A DNA stretch of 63,674 nt, filler included, from Octopus bimaculoides (Eukaryota): assembly GCF_001194135.2 (NCBI RefSeq). It is 6 parts of 6 records of this genome, joined end to end, with 100 filler letters (N's around TTAATTAATTAA, not from the genome) between each part and the next. Parts side by side here need not be neighbours in the genome. Positions count along the whole stretch, not along the records: positions 59,630 to 63,674 come from NC_068986.1; 5 more parts are not named here. The stretch is one strand, 5' to 3'. The position numbers were made by a program, and so were the translations under genes. How positions within the stretch are numbered: the stretch's first letter is position 1; each line of letters starts with the position of its first letter. Below the pieces are notes generated by a model that was not told the origin of the DNA, made no database searches, and was given only the letters and a program-made list of their open reading frames with translations. Positions 61,446-63,674 of this stretch are shown one piece after another.

Positions 61446-62295
61446 CGAAACATTAGGTTTAGTTTTGCAAAAGAAAGGATGAAGTTATTTGAATCAGTTT
61501 CAGTAAATTAGTTTTTTCATTCAGCTTTTGTCAATCCATTGTTATCTATGCTGCTTGTAGGCCTGGCTATCCACGTTGGCTAATTGTTTCGTCAAGTGAT
61601 TAGCCCTGGTTACCAGTGTCTTGGTGGAATCTGAACTCAGATTACAATGAACCTGAATAGATACCACAAGGTATCTCATCCAACATTAACATTTCTGTTA
61701 ATCTACTGCTTTGCATTGGTACTTTATTTATTGACCCTTCTAACAACAAAAGGCTAAGTTGACCATAGCAAGATTTGAGCTGAAAGTACAGAAAACCAGT
61801 ATGCATATTGCGAGGTATTTTATGACATGCTCTAATGACTTTGCTGTTCTGCTGCCTTAATATTTTACTGATATTGCTTAATTAACTACAAACTGATGAA
61901 AGACAATTGTCAATGCAGACGTTGATATAATGATAATAAAGTGTAAGGATTTGGATATAAATGCATAACAAAGGATTATGTACATATATTCTAGTCTAAT
62001 GTTCTGTCATTCCTACCAACTTTCTACTTCAATAATAATAATAATAAGGAAAACAATAACAACAAATGTATGAAAATAATAAATTGTTCTTTTATTATTT
62101 TCAGTCATTGAACTGCAGCCATGCAGGGGTTGTACCTTCAAGGGTTTAATCAGTTGTATCAACCTTAGTACTTGTTCTAATACTTGTGTTTCCAGCTTTT
62201 TTTTAATGAATGACCAAGTTGAACTACAAGTTATGTTCCTTTATCGATATAAATACCACAAGGTATCAATATTCATGGCAACAATTTAAGTTGGT

Positions 62296-62326
<31 letters not shown>

Positions 62327-63674
62327 GACACACACACACTTATCAGGACATTCATGAGGTAGAAAAAGTAGTCTCAGGCAAATAACTGAATACTGTATAA
62401 AATGTATAAATGTTACTGTATAAATAACTGAATACTGTTTAACAACATTATAATGGATTCAGTTTTGCCCCACTACATTTATATTCAAGTTACACTTAGG
62501 TCCATATTGCTTTTCAATATTCTAGAGTTGATAGAATAATGTACCAGTTTTAGAATGGTATCATTTTAATCGAGTGTACCACTTCATCAAGAAAATTTCA
62601 GCTTGTAGCTAAAAAAAAAACAGATTTTGTGAAGGGGAAGGGAACGGAAATGGATTAAATCCCCTCCCTAATTATAGAATGTAATTTGTCCTCTATGAAT
62701 CTGTCCAACTCATGCCAGCATGGTAAAACTGACATAGAATTGGTAGTGTTAGTTCAGATGAAGATGATGTCATGTCTATAGCTTTTTGGGGAAGCTTAAT
62801 TGAATAATTAATAAGTTAAAGGAAATAAAATAGATTTAGCCTACAGTGTTGAAATAATATCATAGAATGACCTCTTCAGCAAAGTCTCCTCTTTTTCTGA
62901 CTGTAAAACAAGACAAGTTCTTTAGTGCATGAATCAGTCTCTCATTGAATTAACCTGGTGCTTGGTTTTGAATCTTTGACAGAAATGATTTACTTTTCCT
63001 ATAGCATTAAGAGAGGCATGAATATTACTCAGTCTCACTGACTTCCATATATTGTCATCAATTGTTTGTAGAACTCATTAAGTAAGAAGCCAATGCAGAA
63101 AGCACTGTAGAGGGAAAGTAAACTTCTGGCTCACTCATTCTTGTCTTGAATTTTGTTTTCTGATCAGTATCACTTCACTTCACCTCAATGTCTACACAAT
63201 TTCAGTTTCCTTTTCATTGCAAAAACATTCAGCATGAAAGCTACAATGTAAGAAATTGATAAGTTCAGTAGCTGTTGTGAGGCTAAAATAATGGATCGTA
63301 AGTTCAAACTTTAATTCCAACAGTTATAGTATTACAACTATGTATGAGACACATTGCTTGCCTTAGTCTACCAAACTGTGAATTGGGTTGTGGTTCTTTG
63401 GAGTTCAGTTGTTTGCAGCTATAGCAACAACAATAAAAAACTGATACATCAGAGGATGGAAAATTTAGAATACATTTTATTCTTTTTGTGTGTGTGTATA
63501 CATATATGTATGTATATATATCAATATATATATAGATATAGGGCAGGGAATATCGCCATCCGTTAGAGAAAAAATTTGTAGTTTGGAATCAGTAGTTCTT
63601 TGACTGCTATTTCTAAATTTTCAGTATGTTGGTGAAGCAACTTATGCTAATCCCTATATATTTATGATTATATA

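Noticed and set aside
83-63566. Most ORF-track entries (poly-I/L/S/N/Y/T, CV/HT/YI repeats, X-filled ORFs)
   Set aside because: They are translations of microsatellites or N gaps, with no domain content.

Overview
Eukaryotic, AT-rich, microsatellite-dense, gapped genomic DNA. The SINE families and simple-repeat load suggest a coleoid cephalopod, most likely Octopus (inference). I cannot identify any complete protein-coding gene; nearly all ORF-track entries are microsatellite or gap artefacts. The window is mostly transposon remains: several tRNA-headed SINE families; non-LTR relics (RTE, R4/Dong-like, CR1-like, a Hero-like REL element with a 13-bp TSD); Penelope-like elements (PLEs); a decayed Ty1/copia; a DD37D (maT) transposon; and mariner, hAT and TTAA-flanked foldback MITEs. 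The most notable signal is five dispersed minimal hammerhead-ribozyme-like motifs, several in PLE-like context. One is structurally well formed but carries a core A6U substitution. There is also a tRNA-Phe fragment, a pre-miRNA-like hairpin and several unverified candidate exons or microexons. All family names come from motifs I recognised by eye, not from database searches; most repeat boundaries are approximate.
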